Assembly (NCBI GenBank): GCA_030704615.1
Contig: CM060731.1
Span: 28,706,001 to 28,770,000, forward strand
Origin: Takakia lepidozioides
Taxonomy: Eukaryota; Plantae; Bryophyta
DNA: 64,000 bases
Reading direction: 5' to 3'
Under the pieces are notes generated by a model, which searched no databases, had not been told where the DNA came from, and was given only the letters and a program-made list of their open reading frames with translations. Every line of letters starts with the position of its first letter. The first letter of the stretch is position 1. Below, in pieces: positions 10,790-22,260 of this stretch. The translations under genes and the position numbers were made by a program.

Positions 10790-11885
10790 AACCCTCACAA
10801 TTTTACTTGTCCTGAACCTATTTCGAAATGTTGTATTCAAGCCATTCCAGGTTAGGAAATGATTATCAGGGAATCTTGCATACCATTCACTTGCTTTCTT
10901 GATAAGTGAACAAGGAAACAGTCTCATCTTGGCATCATCGCCATTCTCATTGTTCACTATACACATGTGCTCAAATTGGCTAATGTGTACATCGGGATCC
11001 CCTTTTCCGGAATATTGGAAAGGGTGGTTTTGCCCGTGTTGGTTGCAACGCCATCTGTGGCCCTACCTTCTGCCCACTGACAGGTGCTGGCACCCTTGCT
11101 GGTGCTGGTCCTTCTGGACCTGTTGTTTTTGTGGTGGATCTTCCACCAAGTGGTGGCCCTTGAGCACTCCTTGCTTCTGGCCCCACGATATTCACAGTAT
11201 TCCCAGCTTCAGTTGCACTACTTCCCACACTCCCTGTCCCCCCAGAGCCAGATCCAGGCAGCCCGCCTGATCCCCCTGAGCCGACACCTTCGTTGGCCTG
11301 TGATCCAAGTGCTCCACTTGATCCAGGTCCAACGGGTTGGGATGTCCTGGTTGTAGTCTCAACCTCAGCTGTTGGGTCTACTTCTTCATATTCTTCCTCT
11401 TCTAATTTCTTCTCTCTGTTTTCATCCTCCAAGTTCTGCCCTTGGGTTTCTTCTTCACTCATATAACTCAACTGTAATGGTGTTGGAGAGTCTGAACTCT
11501 CCGTTGGCTCTGCCACATCCTCTTCTCCTTCTTCACCTTCTGCTTCAGAAACTGGAGTTCCTGCTTTTGGTGTTCCATGCCAACTCTTATCAAAGATTTC
11601 TGTCAAGTCTTTTATCCAAGGATGTACCTCAGATCTTTCACCTCGTGATTGATCTTCTTCCTGTACCAATTCCCTTAATCTTTCTTGCAAAGAAACAGAA
11701 GGAGTGGCATCCAACTCTAGTTCTTCCGGTATAGGTGATGCACTCTTTGATCTTGATGGTGTGAGAGGTCCAGATGATTCCCCTATGTCTATTCCTCTCT
11801 CCCAAAGATATGGATAATTAGCTTTCAGATAGCTTTCTCTTTTTGCTGAATATCTCTGTCGTCTAGCTTCTCTTTCATCACTCAT
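10790..11885 (-). pseudogene. Truncated gypsy-type gag (Retrotrans_gag-like) with long acidic N-terminus
   Basis: Restoring 1 bp near 11008 joins ORFs 10980-11885 and 10769-10966: PIFSGKGDPDVHISQFEHMC...DDAKMRLFPCSLIKKASEWYARFP...TWNGLNTTFRNRF. Confidence 0.7.
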
Positions 11886-12611
11886 GTCCCATGTCTTTCA
11901 TTTCTTTTAATGTGGCAATAACCAAAACTCTCTTCTGTAATATCTCTCGTATATGCCTGGGTTTCTTTCAAGCTTCAATGCACCCTTGGCTATACTTGAA
12001 GTCTCCGTTACCATATAACCATATGGCAAACAAGTCCCAAATATCAGGTGAATTTGCCAAAAATTAAGCGGGGGTGCTTTGTATGTGAAATCTGGGGGGT
12101 AAATTATATCACTAGAAAAAAAACGCGGAATAACCATTGGCCCTTTAACCACTACTGTCTTTTCCCACTCTATAAACCACTAGTAACCACTTGTCAATGG
12201 TTAATCCCGATGAAATGCCACGGTGGCATCACAGACAGTGGTTGGAAGTGGTTTCAACCACTCAGTAGTCCACGTGTAATAATTTATTTATTATTTGGTA
12301 ATATATTTGAGTTAATAAATATAATATTCCACGTGGACGGGTGCAGTGGTACATTGTGAGTGGTTATAGACACCTCAGTGATGGGAAGTGGTTGAAACCA
12401 CTTGCTACTCCACATGTAATAATTCGAATTTTATTATGCTTTATGATTTAAAAATATATTTTAATCAATAAATATAATATTCCACGTGGACGGGGACAGT
12501 GCACGTTGATCTTGAGTGGTTAAAGACACCTCTTTGATTTGTACCACTTTGACATGTAGAGTGGTTGGTGAAAGACACTGCAGTAATTGGAACCACAATT
12601 CTAGTGGTCAC

Positions 12612-13001
12612 TCATGAGTGGTTGCCTACAATCTGATAAGGTAAATCTGCATTTTCTCCAATGTCCCATTGATCTACGTCCGCCACAATCATTTTTGCTC
12701 TTGGATCCTTTTGAAGGACTACCTTCCACTCCGAACTTGGGAACTCATCCGAAAAGAACACATAATTCCACTTGAGATGGAAAGATGAACGGCTCTTCAT
12801 TTCGGGTAACATCCTCCCAAAATTCGCAAGTAGAAAATCATAAGAATCCCGCTTCATTGTAGCATTTTGTCCAACGAGGTTGGCCCTCACCCAAACATAA
12901 TGAAATACAATGGGGTGCACTCGTCCATAATCCAGTTTCAAGATCTCTTTGATAACCCCAACGTACTCTAATGGTGACGTGACTGGATTTCTATTATGCA
13001 C
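12612..13001 (-). pseudogene. CACTA transposase C-terminal (DUF4216-like) fragment
   Basis: EYVGVIKEILKLDYG...VFHYVWV...YVFFSD...EWKVVLQKDPR resembles the TnpD C-terminal region and lies inside the CACTA TIRs. Confidence 0.65.
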
Positions 13002-13539
13002 ACCTCATTGATTTGTACCACTTTGACAGTGGTGGAGAGTGGGTGGTGAAAGACACCGCAATAATTGGAACCACTACTCCAGTGGTCGCTAATGAGTGGT
13101 TGCCTACACAATAGTGATTGGTATCACTTCTGTGGTGATACATGAAAAACTTTAAGTGGTTTATGCACATGTGACAGATTTGAAAAACAGACAAGTGTCC
13201 AGACCATTGTACACTACAACACACCCTCGGTTTTTCAACATGTCAGTTTGACGATCTTTTTGACCATTTAAAATAACTACATTATGGACTGTAGTTAGTT
13301 GTGGAAACTCACTAAAAGATGAATGGATGAAATTAGAATGGATGGATGAACCAATAAAGTTAAAACCAAATGAACGGATGGATAGATAGATGGAAAACCC
13401 AAAATCCATCCATTTACGATACATTCATCCAAATATTTCAAAATGGATTTAGGGTTGTGGGATTGCGTTCAGCTAAGTTATGGGACTTGATCGTTTTGAT
13501 GTGTTTGCGTGGGATGATCTGCAGGATATGCATAGCTTG

Positions 13540-14224
13540 GGTGGACAACCGCAATCACAACGTGTAGGTAGTTTTTTCTTAGCACGATGTGAAGAAGTTT
13601 GTCCATCTTGCAAATGTCGGATCTTGGCTCCTGTTAGTACCACGATTTGGTATTCTTCGTGATGTTTACAAGGTTCTTGGGAGAGTCGTCTTGGTCTTAG
13701 CAGGTTGTGTTTCAATCTTCGCCCGCTCAGCTTCACCGTGGTGGTTTTCATTGACCAATCTGACATTACCTAACTACAGACACAAGTAGCATACACAAGA
13801 GGTGGTCAGTCAAATCCTCGATGGGTCATGACACAAGGTCGAGGACAACGTGGTGAGGGCACCTTCTTCTTTGACCTATTCAGCCTATTTTGCGCTCTTA
13901 TCAGACTCAGCCCTGAATTTGCAGCACGGAGCAAAGCTGGCATGAGGTTTTTAAAGATCCTTCACGATGGTGGGACAACCACAATTGCAAGGTGTGGTTT
14001 TTTCTTAATGTACGATGTGAAGAAGTTTGTCCATCCTGCACATGTCGGCTTTTGGCTACTGGGAACATGATTTGGTATTCTTTGTGATGTTTACAAGGTT
14101 CTTGTGAGAGTCAGCTTGGTCTTAGAGGCCATGTTTCAATCTCTGCCCGCTCAACTGCACCGTGGTGGTTCTCACAGACCAATCCGACATTACCTGGCTC
14201 CAAACACAAGTAGCACACACAATA
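13540..14224. repeat. Diverged direct duplication (~260 bp) inside the CACTA element
   Basis: ~13540-13800 and ~13970-14224 are similar (CACAA...GATGTGAAGAAGTTTGTCCATC...CACAAGTAGCA). The second copy continues at 21200 after the LTR insertion. Confidence 0.7.
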
Positions 14225-14948
14225 TGTCGCGGCCCTTTGCCTTGAGGGCAGGGGGTCGGGACACATGAGGGGCTGCCCCTGTGGTGGGGGCAGCGGCAGC
14301 GATAGGTATGGGGGGCTGAAGCACCCTTGAGTGCCCAAGGCACTCAAGGAGGCGGAGGCGCTCACTAGGTGGAGCCCCGCACACCGGGTTGCGGTGGAGG
14401 TGGCTCCACAAGGGGTGGTGGTAGCTTAGTGGGACTTAGTGGGGGTGGCATAGGACTCACCATGGGGTGGAGACCTCGAGGTGGGAGTCGTGGGGAGTCT
14501 TGGGACTCATCACGGTCCATTGGGGCCGCGGTGAGTGGGCCAAGACTCACCGCGACTCACCACCGGGAGTCGAGGGTTTTCGTGGTGGTTCGCCATAAAA
14601 TGGCATGGCTGGTTATGAAACCCCCGCGGACAGCTACAGAAGTATATATAGGGAGTAGTAACCCCGAGAACGGTGCAAGCCCGTTGGTGACCAAAAACTA
14701 GTGAGTAAGCGAGCGAGCCGGAAAGCGACCAAAGAGTGGGGAGCTGTTCCGGACTGCCATCTACCAAAGGGAATTCTCCTAGTCCCAAATAGGTGGAGGG
14801 TTTAGAGGGAAGCGGAAGGGGACCGTTATGTCCCGGTGAGCAGCCGAAACTCCAAGTTGGCCCGGCGGCCAGGTTGGGAGTCAGGCGCGCGCATCAAAGC
14901 GAGTAACTATGACTTGAAGGGGAGTTTACCGAACTGAGGTGTGCGACA
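14225..14948 (+). repeat. 5' LTR
   Basis: TGTCGC...GCGACA with TATATATA near 14643. No difference from 20471-21194 seen by eye. Confidence 0.97.
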
Positions 14949-14950
14949 CT

Positions 14951-14962
14951 TGGTATCAGAGC
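14951..14962 (+). promoter_or_regulatory. Primer binding site, tRNA-iMet
   Basis: TGGTATCAGAGC 2 nt after the 5' LTR. Confidence 0.95.
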
Positions 14963-15003
14963 TTAGAGTTCAGTACGCGATCGTCCTTGGGATTGGCCTC
15001 ATC

Positions 15004-18000
15004 ATGGGGTCGGGCAAGCCGAAGCGAAAGCGGAACGGCCCAAAAGATGATGATCCCGGTGAGCCCGATGGGGGCGACGTGTCACCGAGGCGGCCGTTTG
15101 AGGAAGCGATTAATGTTTCCGAAAACGAGGCCGCTCAGGAGCGGGAGGAATCCGAGGAGTCGGAGCCCGAGGAATCTTTGAGAGCTCCGACAAACCAAGA
15201 GATGCCTCCCATGCCGGCAGCCTTTTGGGAAGGGTTGTTGGCGCAGTTTGGCGGGACGTTGAAAGACGTGTTGAAGGCGGCTAATGCCACTTCCACCAAG
15301 GCAAAGTTTAAGGTGAAGCCTAAGGAACCCGGCACCTTCGAGGGCGTTCGAAACCGGAAGGCACTCAACACCTGGCTCCTGGAGCTAGAGCAGTACTTCC
15401 GGGCGGCCAAGTTGAGTGACGAGGATCGGGTGGAAGTGGCTCCCACCTATTTGAGGGGCTATGCTCAACAATGGTGGCAGAAACGCCTTCACGACCGAGG
15501 CCCAAGCCCGGAAACCTTGAACTGGAGTGAGTTCAAGGAATTGATGAAGAGACAGTTTGTGCCCCTCAACGCATCCTGGCTTGCCCGGGACAAGATGAGG
15601 AATTTGAAGCAAACAGATGACATTCGGGGGTATGTCCAGGCTTTCAATGTGCTGTTGCTCGAAGTCGCGGACATGGCAGAACCAGAAATGGTCTTCAACT
15701 TTGTGGCGGGACTGGCCCCATGGGCTAGGCGGAAGTTGGAGGAGAAGCCACCCAAGACTTTGAACGAGGCAATTGAGAGAGCTGAATGTTTCTCGGATGT
15801 CCCTAGGGGTGAGAGACAAGGCCGTACGGAGCTGAACCACAAGAAGACCCGGCGGGAAGGTGACTCCTCCCGACCGGAAAAGAAGTGGGATAGGCCACGC
15901 GGCGAAAATGGCACGTGGAAATCGAAGGGAGGTCCTTCACACGTCAAGGCGGCACCCGGTGCTTCGAAAGGAAAAGCGGGTGGAGCGACTTATGGCGGAC
16001 AGAAGGCGACCTTTGATGGAGTGTGTTTCAATTGCGGGGAGCCCGGGCACATGGCCAAGAAGTGCACGAAGCCCCGGCAATTGAACATGACTCGGGCGAC
16101 CACGGAGCTGTCGGAAGATACCATCAGTCGTTTGGTGGAAGCGGTGGTCGCCAGGACTTGCAAGGTAGGCAAATTTTCTTGTGAGTTGTATCAGGAAACT
16201 AGCGCCTTACGAAAAGGGAGTCAGTTATTGTTCGTGGATGGGATAATATCCGGAACTAATGTGTCGTTGTTGGTGGACACAGGAGCGTCGCACTCCTTCA
16301 TGACGCCGGCGGCGGCGCGAAAGTTGGGACTCCCGACAAGTGACGTGGGGGCCTCTATTGAGGTGCGCTCTGCCAAAGGAGAACCTCAGTTGGCGACAAG
16401 GTTGGCGTTTGATGTTCCTCTTCAACTGGGGAGTTGGGAGGGACGTGAGAACTTCACTATCTGCGAGATCGATGGAGTGGATCTCATTTTGGGAATGACC
16501 TTTTTGAACAAATCCGGAGCGGTCATAGATGGCCGCAAGAGAGTAGTCACGCTGCCATGTGGGAATGGTGGCGAGGTTTTACGAGTGTCGGAAACGCCCA
16601 AATCCGTGGGAGGGCGAATAAACCTTCTATCAGCAAAGGAGTGGGCCGTGGAGGAGACACACGAGTCCCAGTTTTTGCTTTACATTAGAGAAGTGAAAGG
16701 AGAAGGCGATGGGGAGCCGAGCCCAGATTGGATCAAGGGGATTTTGGAGAAATACCAGGATGTGATGCCGGAGGATTTACCAAGCGGCTTGCCACCGCGA
16801 AGAGGAGTTGACCACAAAATTGAGGTGATACCGGGATCGGAACCGCCTGCCAAGGCGCCCTACCGGTTGAGCCACAAAGAGTTGGTCGAGCTGAAGACTC
16901 AGCTCAAAGATCTAATGTCAAAGGGGTACATCCGGCCGAGTAAGTCACCTTACGGAGCCCCGGTGCTATTTGCAGACAAGAAGGATGGGACGCTGCGGAT
17001 GTGTGTCGATTACAGGGCTCTGAATAAGGTGACTATCAAAAACCGGTACCCTTTGCCAAGGATCGACGACCTTTTCGATCGGTTGGCAGGAGCGAAGTAT
17101 TTCAGCCGGATCGACTTGCGCTCCGGCTATCACCAAATTCGGGTGGCGGAAGGAGATGAGGAGAAGACCGCGTGCAGGACAAGGTATGGTTCATATGAGT
17201 TCTTGGTGATGCCTTTTGGGCTCACCAATGCACCAGCGACATTTAGCACGCTGATGAACAGCCTTTTCCAGGAGTGGTTGGATGAGTTTGTGATCGTGTA
17301 CATCGACGACATCTTGGTGTACTCGAAAACAAAGGAGGAGCACCTGGAGCACCTCAAAAGGGTGTTCCAAAAATTGCGAGAAGGGAAGCTGTATGCCAAA
17401 GCTTCAAAGTGCGAATTCGGGGTCACAAAAGTGGAGTTCTTGGGGCACGTGATTACACAGGATGGGATCAAAATGGATGACAGAAAGGTGAGGGCGATCT
17501 TGGACTGGGAGCCTCCGACTTCGGTCCCGGGGTGCGATCTTCCTAGGACTCGCCTCCTATTACCGGAAGTATGTGAGAAATTTCGCCAAGATCGCGGGGC
17601 CGCTGTCGGACCTTCTGTGTAAATCCAAAGTCTGGGTATGGAACACATTTTGTGGCCAAGCTTTTGCTGAATTGAAGCAGCGGATGACGGAAGCTCCAGT
17701 CTTAAAAATCCCGGAGTTCGATCGTCCGTTTGAGATTCATACAGATGCATCGGACTTCGCAATTGGGGGTGTACTTATGCAAGATGGACGTCCAGTGGCT
17801 TACGAAAGTAAGAAACTGAATGAAGTGGAGCGACGGTGGCCGACGCACGAAAAAGAGATGAAGGCGGTGGTACATTGCCTTGAACTCTGGCGCCACTATG
17901 TTGGTTCCAACCCAGTGAAGGTGTTCACGGACAATGTCACGGTGAAGTATTTTGCCACGCAGCCCAAGTTGTCCCCAAAACAACTTAGGTGGCAAGATAC

Positions 18001-19564
18001 TTTGGCAGTGTTCGACGTGGATATCCAGTACAAACCGGGACGGGACAATGTGGTGGCCGATGCTTTAAGTAGAAAGCAGCAGCTCTTGTTGGTGTACAAG
18101 GGCGAGACGGCGCTCCAAAGGAAGATCCGGAAGGCTTGCCGGAAGGATGAGCTGGCAAAGTGCGTGATGCAGAACTTGAGAATGGGGGTTAAATCGCAGT
18201 TCCACTTGCAAAACGGACTGCTCCGGTATAAGCAAAAACGTCTCTATGTGCCAAAGGGAGGGATCAGGGATAGTCTCTTGAGAGAATGCCATGATAGCCC
18301 GCTTGCGGGCCACGGTGGAGCCAAGCGCACTGCGGCACTCTTGAAGAAAGAGTATTTCTGGCCCAAACTGAGGGAGGAGGCAGAGGAGTATGTTAAGACA
18401 TGCACCACATGCCAACAAAACCGGAGCGAGTATAAAAAGCAAGCGGGGCTGTTACAACCCTTGCCGATTCCAGAGGGGACTTGGGAAAGCGTCTCGATGG
18501 ATTTCATGACTGCTATGCCGCTGTCAAAAGGATTCGATGCAATCATGGTGGTGGTAGATAGGTTCAGTAAAATGGCCCATTTCATCCCCACCAAGGAGAC
18601 GGCGACTGCGCAGGAGACAGGGCGACTTTACTTCGCCCACGTCTTAAAGCATCATGGAGTCCCGAAGGATATTGTCTCGGACCGCGATCCAAAGTTTACG
18701 AGTAAATTCTGGAGAGCACTTTGGAAGAAGATGGGGACGAGGCTGAAGATGAGCACCGCCTTCCGACCTACGACGGACGGCCAAACGGAAAGAGTGAATT
18801 CCGTAGTGAAGCAATTCTTGCGGAATTACGTGTCGGCAGACCAATCAGACTGGATGGAACACTTAGACGCGGCAGAGTTCTGTTATAATAACACAGAACA
18901 CTCCGCGACGGGAGTTTCCCCTTTTGTGTTGGTCTATGGAAAAGCACCTCTGGTGCCGACAAGTTGGGCCGCCCAGGACGTTGAGGAACCGGCAGTAGCG
19001 GCGGTACTGGAAGAACGCGAGCGTTTGTTGAAGCTCGCAAAGTACAACATTGCCAAAGCTAGGAAACGGTATGAAAGGCAGGCGAATCGGAAGCGGAGGG
19101 AAGTGAAGTTTGAGGCAGGCACAGAGGTCTGGTTGAACATCAAGAATTTTCGACTACCTCCGGAAATGAGTCCGAAGTTCGTACCTCCGTATGCGGGTCC
19201 CTTTCGCATTCGGAGGGTTATGAATGAGGATGTGTATGAATTGGAGCTGCCAGCAAACAGCAAGGTGCACCCAGTATTCCATGTCTCCCTTTTGAAGCCT
19301 TACTTCAAAGATGAAGCACGTCCGAATCGGCAGCAAGTGTTGCGTCCGCCACCTATGCTGTTGGATCATGAAAATGAACCCGAGTACGAGGTGGAGGCAA
19401 TACTTAAGTCGAGGAGGTTCAAGAACCGAGAAACGGAGTATCTCGTCAAATGGAAGGGCTATCATCTTGTGGAGGCATCTTGGGTGCGTGCCTCAGAAAT
19501 GGGAAACGCATCCGAGGCAGTTGCAGCGTTCGAAGGGCGACCTCAAAAGCGGAAGAAGCGTTGA
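15004..19564 (+). CDS. Gag-Pol polyprotein with one frame break at ~17530-17540
   Basis: [33 protein letters not shown], integrase HHCC and DDE region, YAGPF, chromodomain EYEVEAIL...YLVKWKGY...SW. Confidence 0.93.
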
Positions 19565-20470
19565 TGGGGACATCAACCTTGGAGCGTGGGGGAGGAAATG
19601 CATGCTTAGCCCGGTTTAGCTAGCTCAGGAATCCGATTGCAAAAACTTGTATTGTACAAAAATTTGTGATAAAGGAAATGGGTTCCAAATATTGTGCGTC
19701 CTATTGTGTTTGGAATGGCGATGCATGGTGTGGTTGGCTGGTGTGTAGAATGCATGCTAGCTTACAAAAGTGGGAGAGGTAAATTGGGTTAATCGTGTGT
19801 TTGCGCAGTGCCGAAATCGGGTGACTCCCATCCAAGGGGCAAGGAAACTTGCGCCTTATTTGGGAGTTCAAGTGCTAGTGCGCACCTGGCGCGTGCGCGT
19901 ACTATAACTGCGCTACCGAGGGGGTTGCCTTGTAGTGCGGGCTAACGCGGAAGCTACGTGCTTCCGTTCACGTACTATAATCGTGTAGACTCGGGACGAA
20001 GTCGTAGTGCGGCTTCGGCGTGTTCCCGTACCTCAGGCCAGCATTCCAAGGCGGACCCAATTGTAGTGATTGGGGCGCACGGTTGGTTCAAGGTTATCTT
20101 CCTAGTCAAAGAGGGTTCCAGGTGAACCCTTGCTCAAGGTGATGCCAAAAGCGGCATCATGAGCGATCGCAAGCAATGTTGTTGCAGTAAGGCGATTCGA
20201 TCCTCGGGGAGGATCGTTCCTTGGCCTTGAAGTAGGCCAAGAAGAGTGCACTGGGGGGAGCTGGAGAGGCTCCACCCTTGGCCGGGACTTGGAGGAAGTC
20301 GGCCGAACTAGCTAGTGGAGAGTGGAGTCAAGTGTGGGGTTTGGTTCTTTGCCATGGGACGCCATGGTACGGAAACAAACTCCTTGATGTGGGACGCCAC
20401 AACTTGGACGTTCGTTTCTACAAAATGGACAAGTCGATGAGGACATCGACTCCCTGTTGGTAGGGGTGTG

Positions 20471-21194
20471 TGTCGCGGCCCTTTGCCTTGAGGGCAGGGG
20501 GTCGGGACACATGAGGGGCTGCCCCTGTGGTGGGGGCAGCGGCAGCGATAGGTATGGGGGGCTGAAGCACCCTTGAGTGCCCAAGGCACTCAAGGAGGCG
20601 GAGGCGCTCACTAGGTGGAGCCCCGCACACCGGGTTGCGGTGGAGGTGGCTCCACAAGGGGTGGTGGTAGCTTAGTGGGACTTAGTGGGGGTGGCATAGG
20701 ACTCACCATGGGGTGGAGACCTCGAGGTGGGAGTCGTGGGGAGTCTTGGGACTCATCACGGTCCATTGGGGCCGCGGTGAGTGGGCCAAGACTCACCGCG
20801 ACTCACCACCGGGAGTCGAGGGTTTTCGTGGTGGTTCGCCATAAAATGGCATGGCTGGTTATGAAACCCCCGCGGACAGCTACAGAAGTATATATAGGGA
20901 GTAGTAACCCCGAGAACGGTGCAAGCCCGTTGGTGACCAAAAACTAGTGAGTAAGCGAGCGAGCCGGAAAGCGACCAAAGAGTGGGGAGCTGTTCCGGAC
21001 TGCCATCTACCAAAGGGAATTCTCCTAGTCCCAAATAGGTGGAGGGTTTAGAGGGAAGCGGAAGGGGACCGTTATGTCCCGGTGAGCAGCCGAAACTCCA
21101 AGTTGGCCCGGCGGCCAGGTTGGGAGTCAGGCGCGCGCATCAAAGCGAGTAACTATGACTTGAAGGGGAGTTTACCGAACTGAGGTGTGCGACA
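20471..21194 (+). repeat. 3' LTR
   Basis: Direct repeat of 14225-14948 (offset 6246), preceded by short purine tract GGTAGGGG. Confidence 0.97.
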
Positions 21195-21256
21195 CAATAG
21201 GTACTCTCAGTCAAATCTTCCATGGGTCATGACACAAAGTCGAGGACAATGTGAGG

Positions 21257-21765
21257 GCACCTTCTTCTTCGACCTATTTCAGCCTGTTTTCCCTCTTATC
21301 AGAATCGGCCCTGAGTGCAAGTTGAATTCAGAAAGTTAGCTCGTTGGGTGGTGGTGAGAGCATCTTCTTCTTTGACCTATTTCAGCCTGTTTTGCCCTCT
21401 CATCAGACTCGGCCCTAAATTTTCTTGTTGATATCTTAAAGTTAGCTCGTTGGGTGGTGGTAAGGGCACATTCTTCTTCGACCTATTTCAGCCTGTTTTG
21501 CCCTCTCATCAGACTCGGCACTAAATTTGTTGGATTCTGAAAGTTAGCTCGTTGGGTGGTGGTGAAGGCGCCTTCTTCTTTGACCTATTTCAGCCTGTTT
21601 TGCCCTCTCATCAAATTTGGCCCTGAATGCATGTTGAATTCTGAAAGTTAGTTCGTTGGGTGGAGGTGATGGCGCCTTCTTCTTCGACCTATTTCAGCCT
21701 GTTTTTCCCTCTCATCAGACTCGGCCCTGATTGCATGTTGAATTCTAAAAGTTATCTCGTTGGGA
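21257..21765. repeat. Tandem repeat, ~104-bp unit x5
   Basis: Unit CTTCTTCTTCGACCTATTTCAGCCTGTTTTGCCCTCTCATCAGACTCGGCCCTGA...AAGTTAGCTCGTTGGGTGG. Further copies at ~13860 and ~62496. Confidence 0.9.
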
Positions 21766-22090
21766 GATGTAGCATGTCACCATTTATCATGGCTGGATTT
21801 TGTTTACTCCGTTCCAGCATTTACTGTCTTGGATTCTATTCTGGTTTTTGAATGGTGAATCTTCAAGAGTATTTGGATTTGCATATTCACTTGGAATGTA
21901 TGGGAATTATAGGAGAATTGTATGGGAATGTTTGAATCACTTACACACCACTCTGTTAGTGGTATATGTAAGACTGTGACAATAGGCAAGAGTGGTTGTA
22001 CTCCTCCAGATATAGCCCCAATCACTTACATACTACTCTGGTAGAAATAATTCAAATGCATGATTTATACTTGGTGGGACACACTAGATG

Positions 22091-22260
22091 ACTCAGTAAG
22101 TGGTTTTAGCATACAACCTAACCACTACATCGATACTGGTAGAACCACTCCGTGAGTGGTTTTATCACACAAGCTAACCACTACATTGATACTAGTAGAA
22201 CCACTCAGTAAGTGGTTTTAGCACACAATCAAACCACTACATCAATACTATTAGAACCAC
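22091..22260. repeat. Tandem repeat, ~56-bp unit x3 (CACTA subterminal)
   Basis: ACTCAGTAAGTGGTTTTAGCA.ACAA.C.AACCACTACATC.ATACT..TAGAACC repeated. Confidence 0.8.

Larger units (their letters stand above)
14225..21194 (+). mobile_element. Full-length Ty3/gypsy chromovirus (Galadriel-like)
   Basis: Two 724-bp TG...CA LTRs, TSD CAATA (14220-14224, 21195-21199), iMet PBS, gag-PR-RT-RH-INT-chromodomain. Confidence 0.97.

Noticed and set aside
17525-17575. Programmed ribosomal frameshift in pol
   Set aside because: The break lies within the conserved RT-RNase H connection, needs two separate base restorations and has no slippery heptamer.
21257-21765. Hammerhead-like CTGATGAG...GAAA on the minus strand of each 104-bp repeat
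   Set aside because: Stem II (GAGGGCAAAACAGGCT) does not pair, and no stem I or III partner exists.
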